Position numbers and translations under genes: made by a program. From Pyrolobus fumarii 1A (GTDB lineage Archaea; Thermoproteota; Thermoprotei_A; Sulfolobales; Pyrodictiaceae), in contig NC_015931.1 in assembly GCF_000223395.1 (NCBI RefSeq), positions 600,001-632,000 on the forward strand: 32,000 nucleotides of DNA, written 5' to 3'. The notes under the pieces are model-generated. The model worked only from the letters and a program-made list of their open reading frames with translations. It made no database searches and was not told the DNA's origin. Below, piece by piece: positions 1-7,047 of the stretch. Numbering within the stretch: position 1 is the stretch's first letter; every line of letters begins with the position of its first letter.

Positions 1-1
1 G

Positions 2-3000
2 GATGCCGGGGTCAGAGCGGAGCCTTTCACCGCGAGGAACCCGGATGCACTCGAGAGGTTCCGTAGGGGCGAGACGCAGGTCCTGGTGGGCGTCGCGATA
101 TACTATGGTGTTGCGGTGCGTGGCCTCGACCTCCCCGAGAGGATAAGGTACGCTGTGTTCGCGGGCGTTCCTCGCCACAAGTTCTCCGCGCGCTTCGAGG
201 ACCCGCACCCAACCAACATCATGAGGGTATTGGGGCTCCTGGCTGAGCACGCGCCGGACGACGTGAGGAGTGAGGCTGAGAAGCTCCTGGCTAGGCTGCG
301 GAGGATCGTCCGGAGGCTCTCGGCGGCCGCCCTCCAGAAGCTCGCGGAGGAGTTGAGGAGCGGGGAGGTGTCGAGCGACGCTGCTAGGCTCTTCCAGGAG
401 GCACTGAGGTTCGTCCGCGAGGCTCTCTCGAGGAGTGATGTCTGGGAGGCTCTTGAGAAGGCGCCGGACGTGGCGATAGTGAGAGAGGGCGACAAGAGCT
501 ACATCATGATACCCGACGTGGCCACCTACATCCAGGCGAGTGGTAGGACCTCGAGGCTCTACGCGGGCGGTATAACCAAGGGCCTCTCAGTGATAGTCGT
601 GGACGATGATAGGCTGCTGGAGGGTCTTAGGAGGAGGCTACGCTGGTACATCGGCGAGGCTGAGATAAGGCCCCTCGAGGAGGTGGACCTCGACAAGCTG
701 CTCCGCGAGATAGACGAGGACCGCCGGCGCGTTAGGGATGTGCTCTCGGGGCGCGTGAAGCCAGAGTACCTGGAGCTGGTGAAAACCGCGCTGCTCATAG
801 TCGAGTCGCCCAACAAGGCCAGGACTATCGCCAGGTTCTTCGGTAGGCCGAGCGTCCGTGAGATAGCGGGTCTCCGCGCGTACGAGGTGTCGACCGGCGA
901 CTATGTGCTCACGATAGTCGCGTCGGGAGGCCACATCTACGACCTAGCCAAGACCTACTACCCGCTCGACGTGATACCATCCTGGTGGCTACGCGAGTTC
1001 AACTTCGAGGGGCGCGTCGCAAGCATAGACGAGTTCGTCACGGGCTTCGACTGGAGCAGCGCCGAGAACAAGCACGGTGTGTTCGTCGCGAAGAGGGGTA
1101 GCGTCCGGTACCTACCCGTGTACACGCCACTCGTCCGCTGCCCGGACTGCGGCTTCCAGAGCGCCGCGAACCCGTCACTAGCCCCCAACGAGGAGCAGAC
1201 CATACGCGACGTCATCAAGGCGAGGCTCGGCAAGGATGTCGACCCGTTCGACGAGAAGAGCTTGCCACGCTACTGCCCGAGGTGCGGCTCACCCTCCGTG
1301 AGGACCAGCCTACCCGTGATAGAGGCGCTGAGAGAGCTAGCCTCCGAGGTTGACATGGTGATGATCGGCACCGACCCTGACACTGAGGGCGAGAAGATTG
1401 GGTGGGACGTGGCTGCTCTCATAGCACCGTTCGCCAATAAGCTCGTGAGGGTCGAGTTCCACGAGGTGACGAGGAAGGCTATACTGGAGGCTATACGCAA
1501 CCCGAGGCCCTTCAACCCGAGGCTAGTAGAGGCCCAGACGGTGAGGCGCGTAGAGGACCGGTGGATAGGCTTCACACTCTCCCCGATACTCTGGCGCGAC
1601 TTCTGGCTCAACTACTACTGCCCGAGGATGACCGAGAGGCTGAGAAAACGCCTTGAGGCCATCCGCGCCAAGATACGCGCCTTGCGCAGGAGGGGCATGC
1701 GAGTACCAGACGAGCTGAAGAAGAGAATGGAGCGTATCGAGGCGCTCCTCAGAGCCTGTGAGGGCCCCAACCGTAACCTGAGCGCGGGTAGGGTCCAGAC
1801 GCCAGTGCTAGGCTGGGTGATAGACCGTTGGTCTAGGTTTAGCGGGGAGCAGAAGGCTTGCGCCGCGCGCCGTGGGCTGCCCAGCGAGGAGTGCCCGCGG
1901 CTACAGGTTACGGTGTCGAGTGATGGCGTGCGTGTCGTCTTCGAGGCTCCTGGGTCGCTGGCGCCAAGGCTGAGGCCGGGTACTCTCGTCGAGCTCGTCG
2001 AGGTTGGCAGGGAGGTTGTCGAGGAGAACCCGTTGCCGCCCTACACCACTGACACTATGCTGGCCGACGCGTGGGACAAGCTGAGGCTACCCGCGCCGGT
2101 AGCAATGCAGCTCGCGCAGGAGCTGTTCGAGATGGGCTTCATCACCTACCATAGGACGGACTCGACGCGGGTCAGCGACGCTGGTATCGCGGTTGCGCGC
2201 GAGTATATACGCCAGAAGTGGGGCGAGGAGGGTCTCGAGAAGCTCTTCCGCCCGAGGCGCTGGGAGCCGCCAAGGCTGATTGGTGTCGAGGCAGCCCACG
2301 AGGCTATACGCCCCACGAGACCGATAGATGCTGATACCCTCCGGAGGCTCATAGAGGAGGGTGTGATTGAGACCCCGAGGCCGTTGACAAAGAGGCACCT
2401 GGCGCTATACGATCTCATCTTCCGCAGGTTCATAGCGAGCCAGATGGCGCCCGCCAGGGTAGAGCTCCAGGTGTTGGAGGTTCGCCTGGGCGGCGAGAAG
2501 CTGGTAGAGGTCAAGAGGAGAGCGAAGATCGTTGAAGAGGGGTTCCTTATGATCTATAAGCCGTGGGAGGTTGAGGGGGAGGCGCCTGCCGGCGAGTACC
2601 GGGTTGTCAGTGTGAGGGGTAGGCCAGAGACCTGGCCGTTGACGCAAGCAGAGGTTGTGAGGATGATGAAGGAGAGGAAGATTGGCAGGCCGAGCACCTA
2701 CGCTAGGATCGTCGAGACTCTACACCAGAGGAAGTATGTGAAGACTCTGCCCAAAACCGGGTGGCTGATGCCTATGCCGCGCGGCCGCCTGGTGTACAAG
2801 TACTTGGCCGAGGAGCTTGGTAGCAAGATACCCGTCGTGAGAAACATGATATCCGAGGAGAGGACGAGGGAGCTACTAGAGCAGATGGATCTCGTCGAGG
2901 AGGGTAAGGTGGACTACCAGGTGCTCCTGGACGAGGTTTACCGGGAGCTACTGGAGGTTGAGAAGGCGCTGAAGGAGCTGACGGGGGGCACCCCAACGCC

Positions 3001-3010
3001 TCCCAAATGA
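2..3010 (+). CDS. rgy: Reverse gyrase, C-terminal ~1000 aa (end of helicase module plus topoisomerase IA module). The 5' end lies upstream of the window.
   Basis: The frame is open from nt 2 (DAGVRAEPFTARNPDALERFRRGETQVLVGVAIYYGVAVRGLDLPERIRYAVFAGVP, a helicase motif VI-like region). Toprim motif MIGTDPDTEGEKIGWDV. Zn-finger CPDCG...CPRCG. Topo IA motifs LSAGRVQTPVLG and catalytic-Tyr box ITYHRTDSTRVS. The first ATG at 86 is internal. Confidence 0.95.
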   Translation, partial: DAGVRAEPFTARNPDALERFRRGETQVLVGVAIYYGVAVRGLDLPERIRYAVFAGVPRHKFSARFEDPHPTNIMRVLGLLAEHAPDDVRSEAEKLLARLRRIVRRLSAAALQKLAEELRSGEVSSDAARLFQEALRFVREALSRSDVWEALEKAPDVAIVREGDKSYIMIPDVATYIQASGRTSRLYAGGITKGLSVIVVDDDRLLEGLRRRLRWYIGEAEIRPLEEVDLDKLLREIDEDRRRVRDVLSGRVKPEYLELVKTALLIVESPNKARTIARFFGRPSVREIAGLRAYEVSTGDYVLTIVASGGHIYDLAKTYYPLDVIPSWWLREFNFEGRVASIDEFVTGFDWSSAENKHGVFVAKRGSVRYLPVYTPLVRCPDCGFQSAANPSLAPNEEQTIRDVIKARLGKDVDPFDEKSLPRYCPRCGSPSVRTSLPVIEALRELASEVDMVMIGTDPDTEGEKIGWDVAALIAPFANKLVRVEFHEVTRKAILEAIRNPRPFNPRLVEAQTVRRVEDRWIGFTLSPILWRDFWLNYYCPRMTERLRKRLEAIRAKIRALRRRGMRVPDELKKRMERIEALLRACEGPNRNLSAGRVQTPVLGWVIDRWSRFSGEQKACAARRGLPSEECPRLQVTVSSDGVRVVFEAPGSLAPRLRPGTLVELVEVGREVVEENPLPPYTTDTMLADAWDKLRLPAPVAMQLAQELFEMGFITYHRTDSTRVSDAGIAVAREYIRQKWGEEGLEKLFRPRRWEPPRLIGVEAAHEAIRPTRPIDADTLRRLIEEGVIETPRPLTKRHLALYDLIFRRFIASQMAPARVELQVLEVRLGGEKLVEVKRRAKIVEEGFLMIYKPWEVEGEAPAGEYRVVSVRGRPETWPLTQAEVVRMMKERKIGRPSTYARIVETLHQRKYVKTLPKTGWLMPMPRGRLVYKYLAEELGSKIPVVRNMISEERTRELLEQMDLVEEGKVDYQVLLDEVYRELLEVEKALKELTGGTPTPPK

Positions 3011-3083
3011 TTTATACTTATCCATCCGGATGTTTGGATGGGAGAGGCTTTAGCCCTCAGCATGGCCTAGGGGTGCGCAAGTA

Positions 3084-3950
3084 ATGGCCTCGGATGGTAA
3101 GACGCTACGCATAGCACTACTTCACATGAAGCTGAAGCTGCTAGTCAAGAGGACGAATCTCGACCGGGCTAGGAAGCTGTTGAGGGAAGCCGTGAGCAGG
3201 AACTCTGGCGGTATACACGTGGCGGTGCTACCCGCCTTTGTCAACATCGGCGCATTCTACCTCTACTACCCCGAGGCGAGAGCCAAGAACATTGTGAAGC
3301 ACCAGGCTGAGAGGATACCCGGGCCGACCACAGAGTACCTCAGCAAGGTTGCCATCGAGAACGGCGTGTACATCATAGGCGGGCCTATAATAGAGAGGGC
3401 GGGCCCAAGGATATTCATGACGACCTTCGTCCTAGCGCCCAACGGCGAGATCATATACAAGTATAGGAAGCTAGTGCTCAACGAGAGGGAGAAGAGCTAT
3501 GGCATAAGTAGCGGGAGGGAAGTGGTTACCCTCGAGCAGCTGCCTAGACGGATAGGCGTTATGTCGGAGGATGACCTGCTGGCACCCGAGGTGGCTAGGA
3601 GCCTAGTCCTCCAGGGTTCAACCGCGATTGTCCTCACGCTCAGCTTCTCCCAGCCAATAAACCTCGTCAAGAACCTCCTTCTCGCCAGGAGCATCGAGAA
3701 CCACGTACCGATCCTGGCGCTGGGTGGTATAGTAGAGCACGCCACCGAGAGGAAAGAAGTACCAACGATAATCGTCGACCCTGAGCAAGGCACGATAGCA
3801 GAGGAGCACTCAGGCGAGGAGAAGCCCCTAATAGTCGAGATGAGAGTGGATAAGGCGCTCAACCCCGGGACAAGCACAAACAACAACGATAACATGAGGA
3901 TGGCTGAGCTGCTCTGTAGGGTACTCCGCGAGCTCAAAATGTCCAGATAG
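3084..3950 (+). CDS. Carbon-nitrogen hydrolase (nitrilase superfamily) homologue with a substituted catalytic triad; probable pseudoenzyme.
   Basis: Collinear with the CN-hydrolase blocks. VAVLPAFVNIGA aligns with (V)VLPELFxTGY, KYRKLVL with YRKxHLF, and IGVMSEDDLLAPEVAR with xGxxICxDxxFPExxR. Catalytic Glu reads Ala (3234-3236), Lys is kept, Cys reads Ser (3564-3566). Confidence 0.8.
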   Translation: MASDGKTLRIALLHMKLKLLVKRTNLDRARKLLREAVSRNSGGIHVAVLPAFVNIGAFYLYYPEARAKNIVKHQAERIPGPTTEYLSKVAIENGVYIIGGPIIERAGPRIFMTTFVLAPNGEIIYKYRKLVLNEREKSYGISSGREVVTLEQLPRRIGVMSEDDLLAPEVARSLVLQGSTAIVLTLSFSQPINLVKNLLLARSIENHVPILALGGIVEHATERKEVPTIIVDPEQGTIAEEHSGEEKPLIVEMRVDKALNPGTSTNNNDNMRMAELLCRVLRELKMSR

Positions 3951-4039
3951 CAGGGAGAGACACCCACAAGTTAACCGTACTGTTCACTCCGCGCGCTGTC
4001 CGCCCAAACCGAGACTGTAACTCCACACTGACTGCTCCC

Positions 4040-4089
4040 CAGGCTTTCTGAGCCAGAGGTCCGGGGTTCAAATCCCCGCGGGCCCGCCA
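4040..4089 (+). tRNA. Orphan 3' portion of a tRNA-Arg(UCU)-like gene: anticodon arm, variable loop, T arm, 3' acceptor strand, discriminator and CCA. No 5' acceptor strand or D arm is present.
   Basis: Sequence CAGGC-TTTCTGA-GCCAG-AGGTC-CGGGG-TTCAAAT-CCCCG-CGGGCCC-G-CCA. It matches the intact tRNA-Arg(UCG) at 29208-29285 at 35 of 40 positions from nt 38 to CCA, with a compensatory T-stem change. No GGGYYYG partner strand was found in 3780-4040. Confidence 0.6.
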
Positions 4090-4149
4090 CAAAACAATCA
4101 ACTGCACCTCGCGACTAGGAGACCGTTACCGATTCATCCGCGTGTCTAA

Positions 4150-4413
4150 GTGGGATACGGGGGTGTTTGGAGCTTGTCTCGCGAGGTTGTAGTTAGGGTT
4201 AGAGTGCCTGCCCACTACACGGGGGACGTGGAGAGAGAGATTAGGCTGGCTTACGCCATAGACCTTTTCGTCCGCGGGGTGATTAGTGTTGAACGTGCAG
4301 CTGAGCTGGCTGACATGAGCCTCTACGACTTCCTCTACGAGCTCCGTAAGAGAGGGATAGTGGCCTACCAGTACAGCGACGAGGAGGCAAGGGAGGAGTT
4401 AAAAATTGAATAG
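4150..4413 (+). CDS. UPF0175-family (COG2886-like) antitoxin candidate.
   Basis: Small protein with the family-typical core REIRLAYAIDLFVRGVISVERAAELADMSLYDFLYELRKRGI. It overlaps the downstream PIN gene by 8 nt. The GTG start at 4150 is uncertain (TTG at 4174 is possible). Confidence 0.75.
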   Translation: MGYGGVWSLSREVVVRVRVPAHYTGDVEREIRLAYAIDLFVRGVISVERAAELADMSLYDFLYELRKRGIVAYQYSDEEAREELKIE

Positions 4414-4906
4414 ACGCTGTATTGTGGTCAACTCGAGTGTCGTAATAGCCCTAGCGCGGGTGAACCTACTAGACGTCATAATCAGACTCTACAAAGAAGT
4501 CATCATACCCTCTGCGGTATATGACGAGGTCGTGATTAGAGGTCAGGGTAGGCCTGGATCCGAGGAGCTTGAAATGCTGGTACAGCAAGGTAAAGCTAGG
4601 CTTCTCAGTCCAGGCGATAAGAGGCTAGTAGAGGCGTTACACGATCCACTGGGCCTCGGTGAAGCAGAAGCGATAGCACTAGCGCTTGAACATGGTTGCA
4701 TCGTTGCGCTCGATGATAGAATTGCTAGATCCAAAGCCAGGTCTATGGGGTTGAAGGTTATAGGCACGCTTGGACTTCTACGGGAAGCTTACGATACAAA
4801 CATCATAGATAAGGATAGGTTAATCCAAAGCCTAGAGCAACTTAGACAACACGGTTTCAGGATATCGGAGCGTGTATTACGGGAACTTATAGGTAAGCTG
4901 GGTTAA
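4406..4906 (+). CDS. PIN-like nuclease of the DUF3368/COG2405 type; toxin partner of UPF0175.
   Basis: Motifs GLGEAEAIALALE, VALDDRIARSKARSMGLKVIGTLGLL and IIPSAVYDEV. Translationally coupled to the upstream antitoxin-like gene. The N-terminal strand reads VVNSS, where many PIN domains have an Asp. Confidence 0.8.
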   Translation: MNRRCIVVNSSVVIALARVNLLDVIIRLYKEVIIPSAVYDEVVIRGQGRPGSEELEMLVQQGKARLLSPGDKRLVEALHDPLGLGEAEAIALALEHGCIVALDDRIARSKARSMGLKVIGTLGLLREAYDTNIIDKDRLIQSLEQLRQHGFRISERVLRELIGKLG

Positions 4907-5049
4907 GCAAACAGCATAGCGTTATATCCGCATTTGAAGCTCTTAGCCACCCCGTGAACCCCTGGAACCACCGCACTGTAACCATAGTCTAGATCCGCTC
5001 AACGACCATAGAAAATGCATGCACGCTATGCATACCAGGCTGTACCCCC

Positions 5050-5073
5050 GATAGAGCGCCAGCCTTCGGAGCC
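5050..5073 (+). pseudogene. tRNA-Arg(UCG)-derived fragment (end of D loop, D-stem 3' strand, anticodon stem 5' strand and loop).
   Basis: GATAGAGCGCCAGCCTTCGGAGCC matches GATAGAGCGCCGGCCTTCGGAGCC of the intact tRNA-Arg at 29208-29285 at 23/24 positions. The similarity ends inside the anticodon stem 3' strand, and there is no T arm or acceptor. Confidence 0.55.
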
Positions 5074-5234
5074 CCAAGACCCCTCTGAACTACGGAGACG
5101 AGGATGGCGCCAGCCAAGGTACTAACGTCACCTAATAGGGTGTCAACGCCTCCTCTACTCCAACACCTACGATCACCCGTTGTGTAGGAGCTTGGTGCTC
5201 GGCCGCCGGTCAGTCGTCACAGCCTTGCGGCTCG

Positions 5235-5287
5235 GGGCCCGTAACTCTCCTCACAGCATTCCAGTTGCCAGCCTTACACCGGAGCCC
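5235..5287 (+). pseudogene. Second tRNA-Arg-derived fragment: 5' acceptor strand and start of the D stem, then an anticodon-arm piece with a 4-nt insertion.
   Basis: GGGCCCGTAACTC matches GGGCCCGTAGCTC at 12/13. After 19 unrelated nt comes GCCAGCCTT-ACAC-CGGAGCC, the same 16-mer as 5058-5073 interrupted by ACAC. It cannot fold into a cloverleaf. Confidence 0.45.
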
Positions 5288-5470
5288 TATTAGCCATAAG
5301 CTACTCGCCGGAGCCGAGAATATACCAGAGTCGTGTATCTGGATGTTTCACACACATCTCCTTCTGTTGAGCCTCGGTTCCAGATTTTGAACAGTGTCGC
5401 GTCTAGACGAGGGGTGGTTATAGGGGGCGTATGGCGTATACTCTCTGGCAGGCGCGTTAGGGTGAGCTAG

Positions 5471-5878
5471 TTGAGCCTGGAGGAGTTGTTCAAGGAGCTT
5501 GAGAGGATACGACGCATACTACAAGCTTACGGCTTGATGCCCGTCGAGGAGTATGAGCCCCCGTTCGACCCCCGCGAAGGCATACTCCACCCACTCTACA
5601 GCCTCGAGCCCGAAGAAGAGTACTACAGGGTGCTTGTTGACCTGCCGGGAGCCGATATGGACACTCTGCGAGTATACACTGAGGGCAACGACCTCGTGAT
5701 TGAGGCTAGCCTGGAGAGAGCCGTCGAGATAGAGACGCCATGGAGCCTCGAGAGGAGGGTAGTGCTGCGAAGATACCGCAGAAGGATACCACTGCCACCA
5801 GATGCAGATCCAAGCGGCCTCAAACTGCGCGTCTATCCCTCGCGCAAGATAATTGAGGTTCTTATCCCTCGGCGTTAG
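5471..5878 (+). CDS. Small heat-shock protein, Hsp20/alpha-crystallin family.
   Basis: YYRVLVDLPGADMDTLRVYTEGNDLVIEA ... RRIPLPPDADPSGLKLRVYPSRKIIEVLIPR fits the alpha-crystallin domain pattern. TTG start. Confidence 0.8.
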   Translation: MSLEELFKELERIRRILQAYGLMPVEEYEPPFDPREGILHPLYSLEPEEEYYRVLVDLPGADMDTLRVYTEGNDLVIEASLERAVEIETPWSLERRVVLRRYRRRIPLPPDADPSGLKLRVYPSRKIIEVLIPRR

Positions 5879-7046
5879 CCTCGTGACGCCGCTTTCGTCT
5901 CCTTCTCCTCATCCTCATCACCATCATCGCTGCTACCGCGGCTAGACCCGCATATGTCGAGAGAACACCCGCGTCAACGACTATAATATCCGTGCTTGTA
6001 TAGGCGGCGCGCACCTTGCCGATGCCCGAGCACGCCAACGTTACATTAATCCACGCTTTCACGATCTCAACGGGTAGCGGCGAGAGCGGCTTGTAGACCG
6101 CTACACTCTCTCCAATCTCTCTCCTCGTAACGTTACCCACAACACCATTGATATCGTACTTTACCCTCTTATCGACTCCATGCATACCGGCAAAACCGTC
6201 AACGCTGCACCTTGTCGTGTTCATGGTTACTGTTATCCTGTAGTCGGCTCTGACAAGACCCCCGAACAACACCACTTGAAGCTTCTCCGCACTAAGACTG
6301 ACCCTCATGTATGCAGTCAACTTGCCTATAACAAAGAATGTCTCCTCAGCATCGCTACTTACGTCTGGCACTTCAACTGCAACCAGAACATGATGGCTCG
6401 TGCCGCGTTCGTAAGGCCCTAGGGTTATACAAGAACTTGTGCTAGCTACTAGCTCGCGCTTCTCCTCCAGCACGCGTTCCCCATCGACCAGCACCACTAC
6501 ATTAGCCTCGATTTTATCCACACCGAGCTTCTCGAGACCGTAGACGCCTAGGCCGTAGCATAGCCTCGCTGTGCGCGATACCGGATCGACCCTCAGGTCT
6601 AGTATCTCGGTGCGCACGCCAGGTACTAGGATGTTGACGGGAACCAGTATGACCGGCCTCGCACGGACGCCACTAGCCGTCTCCTCGGAAGGCCCAACGA
6701 CGTACACACCATACTTGTAGAAGCCCGGTCGAAGCGCAATAATCGTGACATTGATGCCGACGAGCCCGCCACCGCTATAGACGGGGGATAGTCTAACCTC
6801 TACGCCATCCCTTAACCCCATGAGGTGTACGGCGCGCCACTCTGTAGCCGGGACACCGAGAAACCGTATGACCACGCTGGTCCACTTACCCTGAGGCACG
6901 ACAGCATCAATGCGTGTGGGTGCAATTACGAATCCTTTGCCGCCAACCTCTGCGGCCAGAGCATGAGTGTGTGGTGCAAGGAGTAGGAGGAGTAATGTTG
7001 TGCTAAGGAGCAAAAAACGAGTGTTATACTCCAAGGTGTATGTCAC
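5862..7046 (-). CDS. Secreted protein with N-terminal signal peptide, Ig/beta-sandwich-looking body, C-terminal TM anchor and poly-Arg tail. Function unknown; chaperone-like is only a hypothesis.
   Basis: N-terminus LLLSTTLLLLLLAPHTHALA. C-terminus YAGLAAVAAMMVMRMRRRRRKRRHEANAEG. Four N-x-S/T sequons. The mature N-terminus GFVIAPTRIDAVVPQGKWTSVVIRF resembles the first strand region of PapD/FimC (ATRVIYPAGQKQVQLAVTN). It starts 1 nt after the upstream gene's stop. Confidence 0.7.
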   Translation of the reverse strand: MTYTLEYNTRFLLLSTTLLLLLLAPHTHALAAEVGGKGFVIAPTRIDAVVPQGKWTSVVIRFLGVPATEWRAVHLMGLRDGVEVRLSPVYSGGGLVGINVTIIALRPGFYKYGVYVVGPSEETASGVRARPVILVPVNILVPGVRTEILDLRVDPVSRTARLCYGLGVYGLEKLGVDKIEANVVVLVDGERVLEEKRELVASTSSCITLGPYERGTSHHVLVAVEVPDVSSDAEETFFVIGKLTAYMRVSLSAEKLQVVLFGGLVRADYRITVTMNTTRCSVDGFAGMHGVDKRVKYDINGVVGNVTRREIGESVAVYKPLSPLPVEIVKAWINVTLACSGIGKVRAAYTSTDIIVVDAGVLSTYAGLAAVAAMMVMRMRRRRRKRRHEANAEG

Positions 7047-7047
7047 C

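Noticed and set aside
27-2996. Multiple antisense or alternative-frame ORFs inside reverse gyrase (e.g. 103-495, 559-816, 1270-1611, 2146-2514, 2772-2996).
   Set aside because: All are Ser/Arg/Pro/Leu-rich shadow ORFs of a clearly coding plus-strand frame, with no motifs.
3950-4040. Attempt to build a complete tRNA at 3950-4089 by invoking non-canonical introns, e.g. joining GCGCT at 3993-3997 to GGC at 4042.
   Set aside because: Even with that join there is no D stem partner and no 5' acceptor strand upstream, so a full cloverleaf cannot be assembled by eye.
4907-5470. Possibility that the ORF-free stretch encodes RNase P RNA or SRP (7S) RNA.
   Set aside because: I looked on both strands for the RNase P CR-I element (GAGGAAAGTCC) and for the SRP helix-8 GGAA...AGCA arrangement and found neither. 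Only a covariance-model scan can settle it.
5862-5878. 17-nt convergent overlap between the 3' ends of the Hsp20 gene and the 394-aa secreted-protein gene.
   Set aside because: Short convergent overlaps are common in compact archaeal genomes, and nothing further suggests regulation.
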